Of a stretch of DNA of 48,393 bases, positions 1 through 11,800 are shown in pieces. The notes below the pieces were generated by a model. That model ran no database searches, was not told where the DNA came from, and saw nothing but the letters and a program-made list of their open reading frames with translations. Where the stretch lies: positions 1-48,393 of the forward strand of contig MU006034.1 in the NCBI GenBank assembly GCA_010093745.1. The letters are read 5' to 3'. The position numbers were made by a program, and so were the translations under genes. How positions within the stretch are numbered: position 1 is the stretch's first letter; every line of letters starts with the position of its first letter. This stretch comes from Piedraia hortae CBS 480.64 (Eukaryota).

Positions 1-286
1 ACGCGTCAACTAGTTTTCCGTAGAGATTTGTATGCAGGTACACATCTGCTCACAATTATAATATTCAAGCATCGCCGCTAGCGCGTATGCGGGGCACTTG
101 CACAGCAAGTCAGCGATACCTCCTACACTACCAGCTGCACCCTAGGTTTTTTTCCTTAGTGCACATGGTTGATATCTGTGTCGAAGAGGGCTTTTGAGGA
201 CTTATATACCTGCAAGATTGTTGCTTCAGGGCCAACGTAATGTGTCAGAAGGATGTGGCACCCACCATGACCAGAACTATAGATAG

Positions 287-427
287 TGTTGTGCAGTTCG
301 CCACGGAGCGATCCGCAGGTGATGACCCACATCCCTGACCAGGTTTCGATTACTCAGAACTTTTCTTGTAGCTCTAGATACGCGTGTATACTGACACACC
401 TGTGAGGTGCCGCTGCTTATTAGAACA
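287..427. mobile_element. Solo LTR (141 bp), copy 1, with 5-bp target-site duplication GATAG
   Basis: Termini are TGTT...AACA. GATAG flanks it at 282-286 and 428-432. It is the near-identical reverse complement of 18181-18323 (6 substitutions and one 2-bp indel by manual alignment). Confidence 0.92.
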
Positions 428-789
428 GATAGAAGTCGAAACTTCTCAGGTTTGTTACCTCTATAGAGGAAGCTTTCCCAGAGACAGGTCATTGTCTCGT
501 TCATGCTAAATGGCATGGTTCGCTGACGTTGTCCTGGCAAATGCGGTCAGACTGAGGTAGTGTGGGGAAGGATTCGAACCTCACCTCATAGAGGTAGACA
601 TCTACATTTCACATTTTTCAGTAAAATTTGAGTGAAAACTTTTGTCGTTGATATCCACTCCACTCTAGTCCTCGGAGGTTCACCCCTCCGACATAATGCT
701 TGTAGAATTGTTCTGAGCGTCCAGTCAACATTCGTGGGAACAGGGCGTGAAATTGAGCGGGATTCAAGACTGCGTGGTAGGAAATGTTT

Positions 790-1080
790 AAGAAAATACG
801 CATTTTGTGGCCGAAGATGTCATATGAGTCGCCAGTGAAGTTATTCGAACTACGTCAAGGTATGCCGAGCAATACTCGTTCAACATGCTGTACAATGCCT
901 GGTTGATGTAGTTCTGGAAAACTGACAGGTCATTACAGAGGCCAAAAAGGTGTGACCAGCTGCTCAAAGAGACCGTACCGCGTAATGAACGCTGTCTTCC
1001 AATCCTCTCCTTCAGCAATTTGTATCCCGATGAAGACCGCGATCACATTCAGTTTTGTGAACCCTTTAACTTGGCCTGAA
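790..1080 (-). pseudogene. Degenerate Ty3/gypsy reverse transcriptase fragment
   Basis: The minus strand reads TKLNVIAVFIGIQIAEGEDWKTAFITRYGLFEQLVTP, then frameshifts to FGLCNDLSVFQNYINQALYSMLNEYCSAYLDVV. This matches the gypsy RT motifs KTAFxTxxGxFExxVMPFGLxN and YLDD, with YLDD mutated to YLDV. Confidence 0.85.
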
Positions 1081-1399
1081 TATCATGAATCAGCGGGTGG
1101 GAAACCGATTCGTGATGTAACTCGGATGTCGGCGTTCGCCAGTCGGAGGATCGCTAGCAGTGTGAAGATGGAAACTTGCGCCCCGGAGAGGTCGTTGCAG
1201 CGTTGAGTGAGCTTCAGTTAGTTGTCTTGTCGACCTGCGCAATGATGCCGATGCCTATGTGGTGGTTGACACGTTGCAGCGGACAATGGAGGGGTCAATT
1301 GGCTAATGCACAAAAAAAGAAAAAATCGGTGATTCCTTTCCATCACTCACCTTAAAGCTTCCTGGCCTTCTGATGGCTGGCATTATCTTCGTTCCTTTC

Positions 1400-2280
1400 C
1401 TGGGTGACCCCATTTCGTTGGACTTCGAGTGCATTAGGATATCAACACGGTGGCAAGGAGGTTTATTTTGGGTTGCTTATTTTACGATATGGGCTCATGT
1501 TACTTCTAAGAAGGCCATGGTGTGTTTGAAGCAAAAAGGTTGGTGCTTCCCGCAGTAAGTCAACGTATTTCCCTCTGCGCCGATCTCGTCTCCGGACGAC
1601 AGTTGCCGTTAAACTCGCGGTCTGGGCAACGTGACAATGTGCTTGAGCGAGCCATCGTTCGGTTTCGATTTTATTGTGAATTTGTGGACTAGGTGCGGTG
1701 AGATCCGTGACATTGGCGCTGGATAGTGGTTCCCTGATTGCCCTTCTTGCATGCCAGCAGCACAGCTGGATGATTGCTTCTGGGAACACTTTTTGATTGG
1801 TCAATTTCGCTGGCATCCTTGTCACAGCCGAAAAACGTGGGGGATATACCGACATCCCGCAATTCTTTCAGGAATTCTGCTAACAGAACGGAATGCGCCC
1901 AAATCGGCTCGTTCCATCGTCGCGGCGCAGTGTGGTTTTGTTGCTTGAGGTAAAATGCCAATCCACGCACATTGCTCACCTGGATCAACTTCTTAAGAAA
2001 TTCGTCCGAGTTCCTGTCCTGGAGCATCCCAAGGTCGAACTGATGGGAATTGCACCTAATCGGGCAAAATTGTGGATAGTCCACAAGTACCAGCTGCACG
2101 GCCTTGCGAATGTTGGCAACCGTTTCTGTACTGATGGCATTCGGTCCAACTCTCGGAGTGCCTTCCACAAATCATCACAAAGATACTGGCGGCAAATTGT
2201 ACCGCTTTGTCGGCTTTCTTGGCTGGACCGCCCGGGACAGAGTACTTAGTTGAGGCACCTCCAGTGTTAAATGCTGATGA
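1400..2280 (-). pseudogene. Degenerate Mutator-like (MULE) transposase
   Basis: Frameshifted pieces LAEFLKELRDVGISPTFFGCDKDASEI and QKVFPEAIIQLCCWHARRAIRE match the MULE DDE core (D-x-D...VFP...QLCxWH). Boundaries are approximate and no TIRs were found. Confidence 0.7.
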
Positions 2281-2607
2281 CATGACTCAGCTTGATGTTG
2301 CCTGCGCTTGTGAAATCAGGAAAAGCACCAAAAGTCTTGAGATGTAGTCTGCCTCATGACCACTTTCCATACTTGTCTTGACCTTTGCACTAGTATGGTC
2401 TCTGAGAGCATGGTGGTGAGAGATCAACCAACTATCAGCCCCGCCAATGTTCCCGCAACGAAAGTTGACGCACAATCGAAATTTGTCCTGAGTGTGAACA
2501 AAATGAAGAACCTCGCAGTGGGGTGGGGACGGAACCACCCGCCGGGCCCACCCGCCGGGAGCACCCGCACCCAGCTCCGCAACGACCGGCCGAGCAGGCG
2601 GTCGTCG

Positions 2608-4593
2608 ATGGCCTTGCCATTCTCATCGTCGCCGGCGTTCGCGACACCGCCAGTCGCCTCTCCTCTCCGCGACACACCTGTCCTGCCTATCCTCCTTACC
2701 CCGGCCGTGATCCGCCCCCTCGCATTTAGAGTCTTCACGAAGAAACACGGCCTATCACTCCACCTCTCCGCGGTCCAATCCTTCGCAGTTTTCATCGGCC
2801 GACAATGCGGATCCGGATGGCGCGAAACAGGCAGCGGCGAAGCAACCCTCGATGAAATCGCACGACTGTGGAAAGCTGAAGAAGGTGGGATTATAGTCTC
2901 GGATGGGGACCGTCTAAAATCAATCTTAAAAACAATCGAAGCGGGGAGCGAACCACCAAAACTCAACCGTGAAGATAGCTACGGACTAAGTAACTTAGCT
3001 GTCACGGACGAAGAACCAACCAACCCGAAAGACTGGCTGAGGGTTCACTCCTCATTCTCCCTCCCACGATTTATCTACAACACCGAGCAGAAAACTTTCG
3101 TCCCACGGAGTGGAAAACCGACCCTCTTACCCCCGGTAGGGCACAAAACCCTCCTCAACACGGAACGTTACAACATCATATACCAACAATTATTGCGAAA
3201 CGAAGCCTTCCAACCCCCTACCATCCCTACAAATGCAAAATCCCACTACAAAATAACACCCATCGCCAACCTCCTAGGCAGAGGCGGGACAACACATCTC
3301 CTCTTCGGCACACTCGTTGTAGCACCAACGGGGAACCTAGCACTAAACGACCCGTCGGGATCAATAACCCTCGACCTATCCCGCGCAGCATGTCCCCTCC
3401 CCAAACCGTACTACTGTCCCGGGATGGTGATCCTCATCGAAGGGATCTATCAGGAAGATTATACCGGCGTGGGGTCGCACCCCCTCGGGGGAGATAATAT
3501 CGGGGGAAGATTTATTGGGTTGACACTAACTCCCCCGCCGGTTGAGAAGAGGAGTGAGACATTTAGCGGTGGCGGGTTTGGGTGGACGGACTTTCTGGGG
3601 ACGGGGTCACACAATGCCGTCGGGGAGAAGATGGTGAGGCTGGAGGAGAAGACGATGGGGAACGAGAAGCGGAAGGCGGTGGTGATGGCAGATCTAACGT
3701 TGGATAAGCCCGCCGTACTGAGAGCGTTGAATGCTGTGTTAGAACGGTACGCTGCCGTACCGCCGCTCGTGTTCATCCTCATGGGCCCGTTCTGCTCCAA
3801 GGCCGCACTCGCGGGCGGGGGGATCGATGCGGTGGGGTATAAGGATTTGTTTGATGGGTTGGCGGGAGTTTTGGGGGAGTTTACGAATTTGTTGAAGAAA
3901 TGTGCGTGGGTTTTTGTACCTGGTGATGGCGATCCGTGGGCGTCCGCGGGCGCAGAGGGGGCGAGTTGTCCCATCCCTAGAGCCGCCGTGCCGGAGTTTT
4001 TTACGGGGAGGGTTAGTAGAGTCGTTGGGAGGGAGGGAGGGGAAGTGATTTGGACGACGAATCCGGCTCGGGTGAGTCTGTTTGGGACGGCGGGGGAGAT
4101 GATTCTGTTTAGAGATGATGTGCATGGGAGGTTGGGGAGGTTGGGGGTCAAGGTGGGTGGGGAAGAGCAGGAGGGGAATGGGAATGGCCATGAGGGAGAT
4201 GTGGAGATGGCTTCGCCCGAGGGGACGTTCAATGGAATTTCGTCGCCCGTGGGAGAGGAACCTACCGGAGAACCCATCCACCGCAACGGAACAGGCAAGA
4301 GTGACGACGAGACTGCGAAGAGGATAATCCTTTCCCTCCTCCCCCAGGCTACTCTCTCCCCGTTTCTACTCTCCTCGAGACCTGTACACTGGGATTACGC
4401 TCAGGCGTTAAGTCTTTATCCTCTTCCGCATACGCTCGTCCTTGCGGATGCAGAGACGAAGCCGTTTGCGATTACATATGAGGGGTGTTTGGTCTGCAAT
4501 CCCGGACGGTTTGTGGAGAGGAATACCGCGACGTGGTTGGAATATGATTTCTGGGAGAAAGGGGCGAGCGTAGAGAGCGTTTGGGTTCGTTAG
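2608..4593 (+). CDS. DPB2: DNA polymerase epsilon subunit B
   Basis: Motifs FSSSPAFATP, LRPLAF-like IRPLAFRVFTKKHGL, ITPIANLLGRGG, FVPGDGDPW, TNPARVSLFG..EMILFRDD, RPVHWDY..ALSLYPLP..LVLAD and YEGCLVCNPG. Start set at ATG 2608; the upstream ATG at 2503 is also possible. Confidence 0.93.
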   Translation: MALPFSSSPAFATPPVASPLRDTPVLPILLTPAVIRPLAFRVFTKKHGLSLHLSAVQSFAVFIGRQCGSGWRETGSGEATLDEIARLWKAEEGGIIVSDGDRLKSILKTIEAGSEPPKLNREDSYGLSNLAVTDEEPTNPKDWLRVHSSFSLPRFIYNTEQKTFVPRSGKPTLLPPVGHKTLLNTERYNIIYQQLLRNEAFQPPTIPTNAKSHYKITPIANLLGRGGTTHLLFGTLVVAPTGNLALNDPSGSITLDLSRAACPLPKPYYCPGMVILIEGIYQEDYTGVGSHPLGGDNIGGRFIGLTLTPPPVEKRSETFSGGGFGWTDFLGTGSHNAVGEKMVRLEEKTMGNEKRKAVVMADLTLDKPAVLRALNAVLERYAAVPPLVFILMGPFCSKAALAGGGIDAVGYKDLFDGLAGVLGEFTNLLKKCAWVFVPGDGDPWASAGAEGASCPIPRAAVPEFFTGRVSRVVGREGGEVIWTTNPARVSLFGTAGEMILFRDDVHGRLGRLGVKVGGEEQEGNGNGHEGDVEMASPEGTFNGISSPVGEEPTGEPIHRNGTGKSDDETAKRIILSLLPQATLSPFLLSSRPVHWDYAQALSLYPLPHTLVLADAETKPFAITYEGCLVCNPGRFVERNTATWLEYDFWEKGASVESVWVR

Positions 4594-4990
4594 GGACAAC
4601 GTTTGGGGACTACACTGGAGTGATTGGAGTATTCCTTTTTGGGGAATCGATGGAGTTGGGAAGAGTATTCGTTTGTACAGAGCTGTTAGATGGGTGGAGA
4701 TATGAAATACCCAGTCAAATGCGAATATAGCCCACGTGGTGCACTCATATATGAAGGTGTCGGTCGTGCAATCTTACAAATCGCCATGGCTGTGAACAAA
4801 GAAACAAACAAAAGAAACTGGAAAAAAAAAGGGAATCGTTGGAGGGTTACGTGGATATTACAATTAACCTTGCAGTTCTTATCGAAAAAACAAGTGCTTC
4901 TCAGACACAGACGTACAAGTTACATGACCATCAAGTACTACTTGACTGCGATCCATACAATAGCAAAACATTACACCCATAACTACACAT

Positions 4991-6964
4991 TTAATTTCCA
5001 CCACCAGGTTTCCCAACCGTAACATTACCCAATTCCACAAAGCCGCCCCAGCTGGGGAAGCTGTCCGACGCCGTGGCGGGCTGAACCTTGGCACCCACCA
5101 CCCTGACCGTAACGTTTGCGGCGCCGTTGGGTGGCACCTCTGTTCCATCAAACTATCACATCGTCAGGACAATTTCGCTTGTGAGAATACAACAAACTTA
5201 CCATTGCGACGCCCCAATTCAAGTTACCCCGTAAATAAGCCGTGACTGCTTCAGTCGTCATGTTCTGCAACTCGCCGGCGTGTTTCTTGTCGAGGAGTTT
5301 AGAGGTCAAAGGAATCGTCCCGGATACATCGATCGGGTTCATTGCCCGCCGGTCGCTGCTGGCCGAGTTCAATGCCGCGAATACGGCGTGCGTTCCCACG
5401 AGATTGGGCGATAGGGCCCAGGCAGAAGGCGAATTTGGAACGTCGCCGATGAAGAGGTAGATACCATAAGACCCGTTGAGAGAGAATTTCCGCGAGGATA
5501 CTGTGGCGAGGTATTCGTACAGCTGGCCTTCCTCGTCCGTATTCGTTGCTGAGGAAGAACTTGCGGCGAGGTTGACGAAACGTGTGGCTCCAGAGCTTGT
5601 GCCGGCACTGCTGCTGCCGTATAGAGAGTTGATAGTCTTCTTGACCGATGCTGCGCTGCCGTCGCCCAGGTCGTTGTACGTGTAGCCGAAAGTTGAAATC
5701 GTGCGAACATCGGATGATGTCCAATATGTGTTTGACGTGTTCGAGTTGTGAAACGGTGATAGAGGCGAATTGACGTCCATGACTTGTCCTTGAGTTGTGG
5801 CGAAAGTCTGCTCCAGTTGCGCCATGGGCTCGACATAGGTCGATGGATAAACGGCTTGATACATGGCAAATAGGCGGTCAATGTTGGCATGGTGTAGCCA
5901 GAAGATGGGATCAAACGCAGAATAGTCGAGATATGTCATGTGGCCACTGTTTCCGGTTATGCCATGGATAGCATCGTGCAGTGATTCCAGACTGTCGGCA
6001 TTCGAAGCATCAGCATCTATCCAAGCTTCTGTGCTGAATTTAGTAAACTGTTTTCGTCAGCGTTGATCGACATGTCTCTGGCAGATATACATTATTGTAG
6101 TTGGTAAAGAGATTGTACAGACGGTCCTGGAACGACGACCGGCTGTTATCAAGAGTCTGCGCGACCAAGTTGTTCTGGCTCGACGCGCCCGGGCCCCAAA
6201 CCGTAGGGTATCGATACGTTTCTGTCCATTGTGAAAACTACATGGTTAGTGCAATTGCTTTATCAAAGACTGGATTTCGTACTGGGTTGTACGCAAAGTC
6301 ATCGGGTCTGACGGGATGGAACTTGTACGAGAATAGCGGATTGTGAATCGTCTGCGTGCCATTCGGAGTGGTCACCTGTACAGTCTCTCGAGTGAGGCTG
6401 CTCGGCAACACGCTCTGGCCGGAAGCGGGTGCTTTGGCCCAGTCCCAGTACGGAAGACGCCAGTTGACTGCGGCAGCGGCGTATTTCTGTCGCTGTGGAC
6501 CGGCAGGAAAGGAATTAACAGCGTCGATGATGTGCGAGTAAAGCGTCTGTTCAAACAGAGCTAGATACGGGCGATGCCATGGGAGAAACAGATTGGAAAC
6601 GTGTCGACAATAACCTGGGTCAGATACGCCGGCTGGTGGTTCAGCTCCGTCCCATGGAATATACGGACGACCATGCAATCCTACCACGTTAGTCGCATTC
6701 ACCCAACTCATCAAGCATACCGCTGATCTGATAGTAGGAGAGCTTCTCCGACTGGTCGACCGCTTGGAAACGAGCAAGACCCAGCAGATAGATGTTCCAC
6801 TGGTCTGCGTTCTGCTCGAGCTCTCGAATCTCCAACCGAGGTTTGGTCCCAGTCTCAACAATTCCCTTGACAGCTACGTAGCTGTTCTGTCGGGGCTCGA
6901 GCTGCCTGGGCAACACAGTCGCATGAACGAATGCGGCCAGGGCGGCCAGTCGCATGAAAAGCAT
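4991..6964 (-). CDS. Secreted tyrosinase (type-3 di-copper) with C-terminal domain; 5 exons
   Basis: Signal peptide MLFMRLAALAAFVHA. CuA: GLHGRPY, GYCRHVSNLFLPWHRPYL, RLPYWDWA. CuB: SLESLHDAIH, SAFDPIFWLHHANIDR. GT-AG introns at 6681-6720, 6238-6282, 6048-6090 and 5153-5201 join the frames. Ends ...GKPGGGN* at 4991. Confidence 0.93.
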
Positions 6965-7912
6965 AATGACAGGTCAGGTACCGACCCAAGAGAGCGGGAG
7001 CGTATGGAATGTGTAGAGTAGTGGGAAAAACAAAAGGAAACTGGCTTCGAAAGTGAACGGCGTCTATGCAGACTATCAGCGAGCCAGGGTAAGCTACCCA
7101 CGTCACCTTGATACGATGCATCGAAGGCTGGCGGGAATCGTGTCAACGCCCTGCATGGTGCCGCATGGTGGTTCCGCTGAACGCGCCCCGTCAGAGTTGG
7201 GTGACCCAGCCGCCTTCATGCAGGGCCCGGTAAGCCTCTCTGACCGACGTGGAGGTCGGCGACGAGTTTAAAAGTCGCCAGGTCGACATGAAATGGGTGT
7301 GGTCGCCATGGAGCCACGTGCCCATGGGAGATGTGGAGGCAAGGGAAGACAGCCGCCCTCTCACCATGCACTTCACCCTCTGCAATGCCTTGAACCGTGT
7401 TCCCAAGGCACTGCAGCGGGCAGTCGCTCGTACACTGAGTCGTACATGGGTCTTGTCAGCCCGCTCGTGCGGTGCCCTGTAGCTTTTCGGCACGGAAACG
7501 AATAAATTGTCTTGTCCACTGGTAGATCATTGCCACCCGTCTCGTGGCCTCATGGCCGCCACCATATCCCAGATCCTTACCGGGTATCCCCAAACCATAT
7601 GTCCGCCCTATTTGAAGGTCCATCCCTTGCGTTAGCGTGGCGGCGTGATGTGGTGCTACACGGCTATCACGAGGCGGATGACGCAGCACATGAGCGAATA
7701 CTCGTCTTCTATGTCAGACTAATGTAGTATGCAGCTTGATCTGGCCAATACAGCAATAGGGGCTTCCAATAATAGTAACTCTGATCGTGCGACACCGATC
7801 AAAGTAAGCGGGATCAAGGTTCCGATGGCACCATCCGACATCTACAAAACGAGAATAGTTGGATAGCAGCACGTTTGTTGGTTGGACATGGTTGAGGCTA
7901 CAGAATGGACAA

Positions 7913-8462
7913 TTAAAACTCTGCCTATATTAGCTTTATCCGTATAACGAGGTACGGAGACTCACTCAGTGGCGTGAAGAACCACCTGTTCTTGCCGCTA
8001 GCGTAGCGCTCCTCGAGCGTCTTCTTGACCATCTTTTTGGCGTCCTCGCGCTGGCTCACCTCGGTAAATGTTTCGGTAGTGACGGCGCCCTTTAGACCCT
8101 CCAGCTCAAGCGTGTAACGAGTCGGCATCATGTGGTTGTAATTTATGACCTTGATGAAAGGCTTCACCTTACTCCTCTTGGCCATACGCACTTTTGACAT
8201 GCGGCGAGTCACCTGCTGGGGATAGCGCTCGATTCCAGCGACGATTGCGTGAGGGAAGGCGTGCTTTTTGGTGCCATTATCCTGCGGCTGGATGATGACG
8301 ACTTTTTTTCCGGCGTAGCGACCACGGGAGATGATGGCCTGTACAAGTCAGCGGGATGGAGTGCCAGCCCTCAGATCGCCCATACCACGCGCCCAACCTT
8401 TAAGACTATAGCAGAGTCAGCCAGCAACCCAAGTACAGCATCTGCCCATACGTACACTTCAT
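7913..8462 (-). CDS. RPL27: 60S ribosomal protein L27 (eL27); 4 exons
   Basis: Spliced product [26 protein letters not shown]...[25 protein letters not shown]...[12 protein letters not shown]. Introns at 8406-8455, ~8339-8385 and ~7921-7965. Confidence 0.96.
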
Positions 8463-8869
8463 TCCGACGGCTTGTTGCTGAGTGGTGTTTCCGTGACGCT
8501 GACCGAATTCAGTGGGCTAAATTCTTGGCACAACGGGACAGCCCGTGAGCTCGGACCAGGCACGGGAAAGCGGAAGGACTAAACCTGATTTGTAACGACG
8601 CGCCCTGATTGGCGTTGCTAGCGGCGGCGAGTTTGTTTGTTTACATTGGCGACAGATCGTCCCTGCTCAAGCTGCCGCGCGAACGCGCTTCTACATTGCC
8701 AACCACCAGCCTCTTTTGCGCGCAACGATCTCATACTGCTTCGTTGGCCAGAGCGTAGTGAGCAAAGCAATTGGACTACGATAATGCCATTGTGCGCCTC
8801 GCGCAATAACGAAACAGCTGCCCAGTGGTAGCAACAACATTCCGGTCAATTTCGGAACCAGAAGAGACA

Positions 8870-11800
8870 ATGCCCGGCCGTGAATGGGAAGGCCCGCGCG
8901 ATCGGGAGATCAAGCATCAACATTCCTTGTCGGAGAGCGGTCGCTCGAGCGTGCCAATGTAAGCAATCTCGGTCGCGTTTGACCTCGAGAATGCCTTTGC
9001 TAACGAGTATCAAACGCAGGTGGGACAGTTCAGATCCGGAGAGAGCACCCCCTCCTCTTCCCTTTCCCCCAGGCGCCGGCAGCCCTGCAACCAAACACAA
9101 CACGTCCTCTGGTATTGCCGCAGCGGCGAAGAAGTTTGTGGATCAGGCGCGCGAATCCAACTCCTGCAGCGTACACACCCCCCAGGGCTCACCGGAGCGG
9201 AGTCTGGTAAAATCCCAGCATCAGAGGCTGCAGGGCTTCCCAACGGGGAGCGTAAAGGACCTGCGCAGCTATCTTGACGGCGGTCGGTCGCCTGAACGAC
9301 CCGCAAGCAGAGGAGGACTGTCCAACTTCAGCCGCCAGCAGAGCTTTGACGATATATCGTCGCCATTGTCCCAGCGATCATCCACGCCCACTCCTGCCGG
9401 CAGAGACCCGATGAAGGATACGCCGGTGCTGAGACCTTCCACCAGACCTCCGCCCAAAGCCATCCTAGGCGACGGAACACCGCCATCCGCCACCATGTTG
9501 GCGCTTCAGACGATGCATGTGCCGGAGCACCATGCCAGCGAGGCGCCATCCACTCCTACACCTTCCCGTGCCATCCCATCAGCCGACTTCTCCAGCCAGC
9601 TTCGCGATCTGTTGTCCATTACTACCAGTCTTCAGAAAGAGATGGCAGGATTGAACAGGCGCAGCAAAGACAACGCAATCGATCTCATCAGTTTGAAAGA
9701 GGCTACGAACCAACGCGATGAAGACATTCGCAAAAGTCTGCGGGAGCTGGCTAATTCAGTCGCCAAGCACAGTCTACTTAGCCCACCTCCAGCTCACGGC
9801 ATGCTGCGGTGGGAGACGGGATCCGGCGTTGGTTCCGTGGACGGCAAATCCTTCACCTCTCCACCGTCTGTTTCCAAAGGATGGAGCGTCCCGAGGGCTG
9901 CTAGCGCCCACAGCTTCCGCGGCGATGAGCGGTTCTCGCCCTACTCGGTTGAAGGTGCGGCCAGCGTGGCCATGCTGGAGAAGATCATCCGGGAAATGGT
10001 GACCAAAGAGGGCCAGGAGCGGCTGTTGTCTACGCTATCAGAGATCATGGAGAGGAGCCAAAAGGACAATACCGAGGCGGCGAAGAAGGTTGAGGAATTG
10101 TCTGAGTTCATCAAGGAAATGTCCGAGTCGCGGGCATTGGTCATGCATCACGACAGAGGCCCCAAGTTGGAGCTCAACTACGATGCCGATGGTAATCTGG
10201 CTAAGGTCGGGCGCCAAGGGGAGGATGACGAGGTTCTAAAGCTGCTCCACCGTCTCAAGGAGTCGATTGCTCATGCCGGTGGTTCGACCAACGAAGTCAA
10301 GAGCCTTGTGCGTGATCTTCGTGGAGAAGTCCTTGGCATGGGCCGTGAAATCGGCCGCAAGCTAGACCAGATCTCGGGGACGCAGCTCGACAACTCGCTT
10401 GATAAGGGCATCGAGACGGGCCATAGCCATGAACATGCCTCTGAAGTGCAGCGTATCGTCGAAGAAGGCATGGCAGAGCTCAAGCAGCACATCAACAGCC
10501 TGCTGAGAGAACGTGTTGAACGGGATGACGACGCTTTCAAGCAGATTACCACTGTGCAGTCCAACTCGGAGGGCGAAGAGATGTTGGCAATGGTCAGACA
10601 TGCCTTGGCCGAGCATCAGCAAAGTACCTCGCGCGAGGTTGGCCATTCCTTTGACCGTGAAGGCATGATTGAAGCCGTCAAGGATGGTCTCAAGGACTTT
10701 GAGCCCAACATTGAACTGCAGCAGTATGGTTTGGAGCGGGATGAGGTTCTGGCTGTGCTCAGAGAGGGTCTAGAAGACTACCAAGCCAGCAAAGCAGAGT
10801 CCCAGGCGGTTGCCAACATCGACAAGGGCGAGATCTTCGAGGTCATGCAGGAAGCTCTCAAGGATTTTCAGCCTCCCTTCCCTACCGTTGCTCTTGACCA
10901 CATGAAGGAGGAGATTATTGAAAGTGTTCGACAGGCCATTCCTGAGCACCCCCCGGCGCCCTCGGCCATGCCGATTGATATGGATGCTATAAATGCCCAG
11001 GTGTTGGAGGCGGTCAGGGAAGGCCTTGCCAAGCATGGTCCTGCGCCGAGAGAGCTGGAAATCAGCCGCGAGGATCTCTTTGCTGCAGTCAATGCCAGCC
11101 TGGACGGTTCGTCTATCCCCTTTGGAGGCCTCGGTCAGCAAGTGTTGCACCAGATGCAGGAGCTCATCGACAACATTCGGGCTGAGTTCGCTCAATACTC
11201 TGCCGCCAACGGGCGTGATACCGAACAGGTTCTGGATGCAGTCAAAGATGGGCTCGAGTCTCTACGCACCGAAGTCGAATCATACGTCGATCGGGCTCAA
11301 GATGTCACGGGCAAAGACGAGATTGTCGATACCGTCAAGAGCGGTCTGGAACAGCTCCGGGTCGACGTTCAGGGCTACGTGGCCGAGGGTCCAGCCCACG
11401 ACAACGGCAAGCAGGAGATGCTGGACTACATCAAGTCCGAGTTTGAGCACCTGCATGAGGCCATGAACAACCGGGACCTTTCGCGGGAAATCGAAGGCGA
11501 GGCTCCCAAAGCAGATCACACAGCTGAGATTGTGTTTGCCATCAAGGACGGCATCCAGCATCTGAAGCAGCAGATTGACGAGAAGAATCGTGACTTTGAG
11601 ATTGATTTCCCCACCGATGAGATCAACGATGCGCTCAGGGAGGAGTTGGTGCAGCTGCAGACGTCCATACTCCGGGCTAATGCTGCCGACAAGGATGAGA
11701 TCATCGAGACCATCCAGGAAACCATGGGCTCGCTACACTCAAAGTTGAACAACAGCGATGCCAGCACGCTGTCTGGAGGTGCCATGGACGGCATGCTCGA

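Noticed and set aside
561..620. tRNA gene suggested by GGTTCGAATCC on the minus strand
   Set aside because: No A-box, D-arm, anticodon arm or acceptor stem could be built.
2356..2607. N-terminal extension of DPB2 in the ORF track
   Set aside because: It shows no resemblance to Dpb2 before MALPFSSSPAF, so it is probably 5' UTR or promoter.
3459..4298. Long antisense ORFs here and at 13274-14002, 14180-14770, 36632-37687 and 22825-23364
   Set aside because: These are shadows of well-supported genes, kept open by codon bias and skew; they carry no recognisable motifs.
4991..6964. Melanin or secondary-metabolite cluster around the tyrosinase
   Set aside because: The neighbours are DPB2 and RPL27; no PKS, NRPS, transporter or regulator is nearby.
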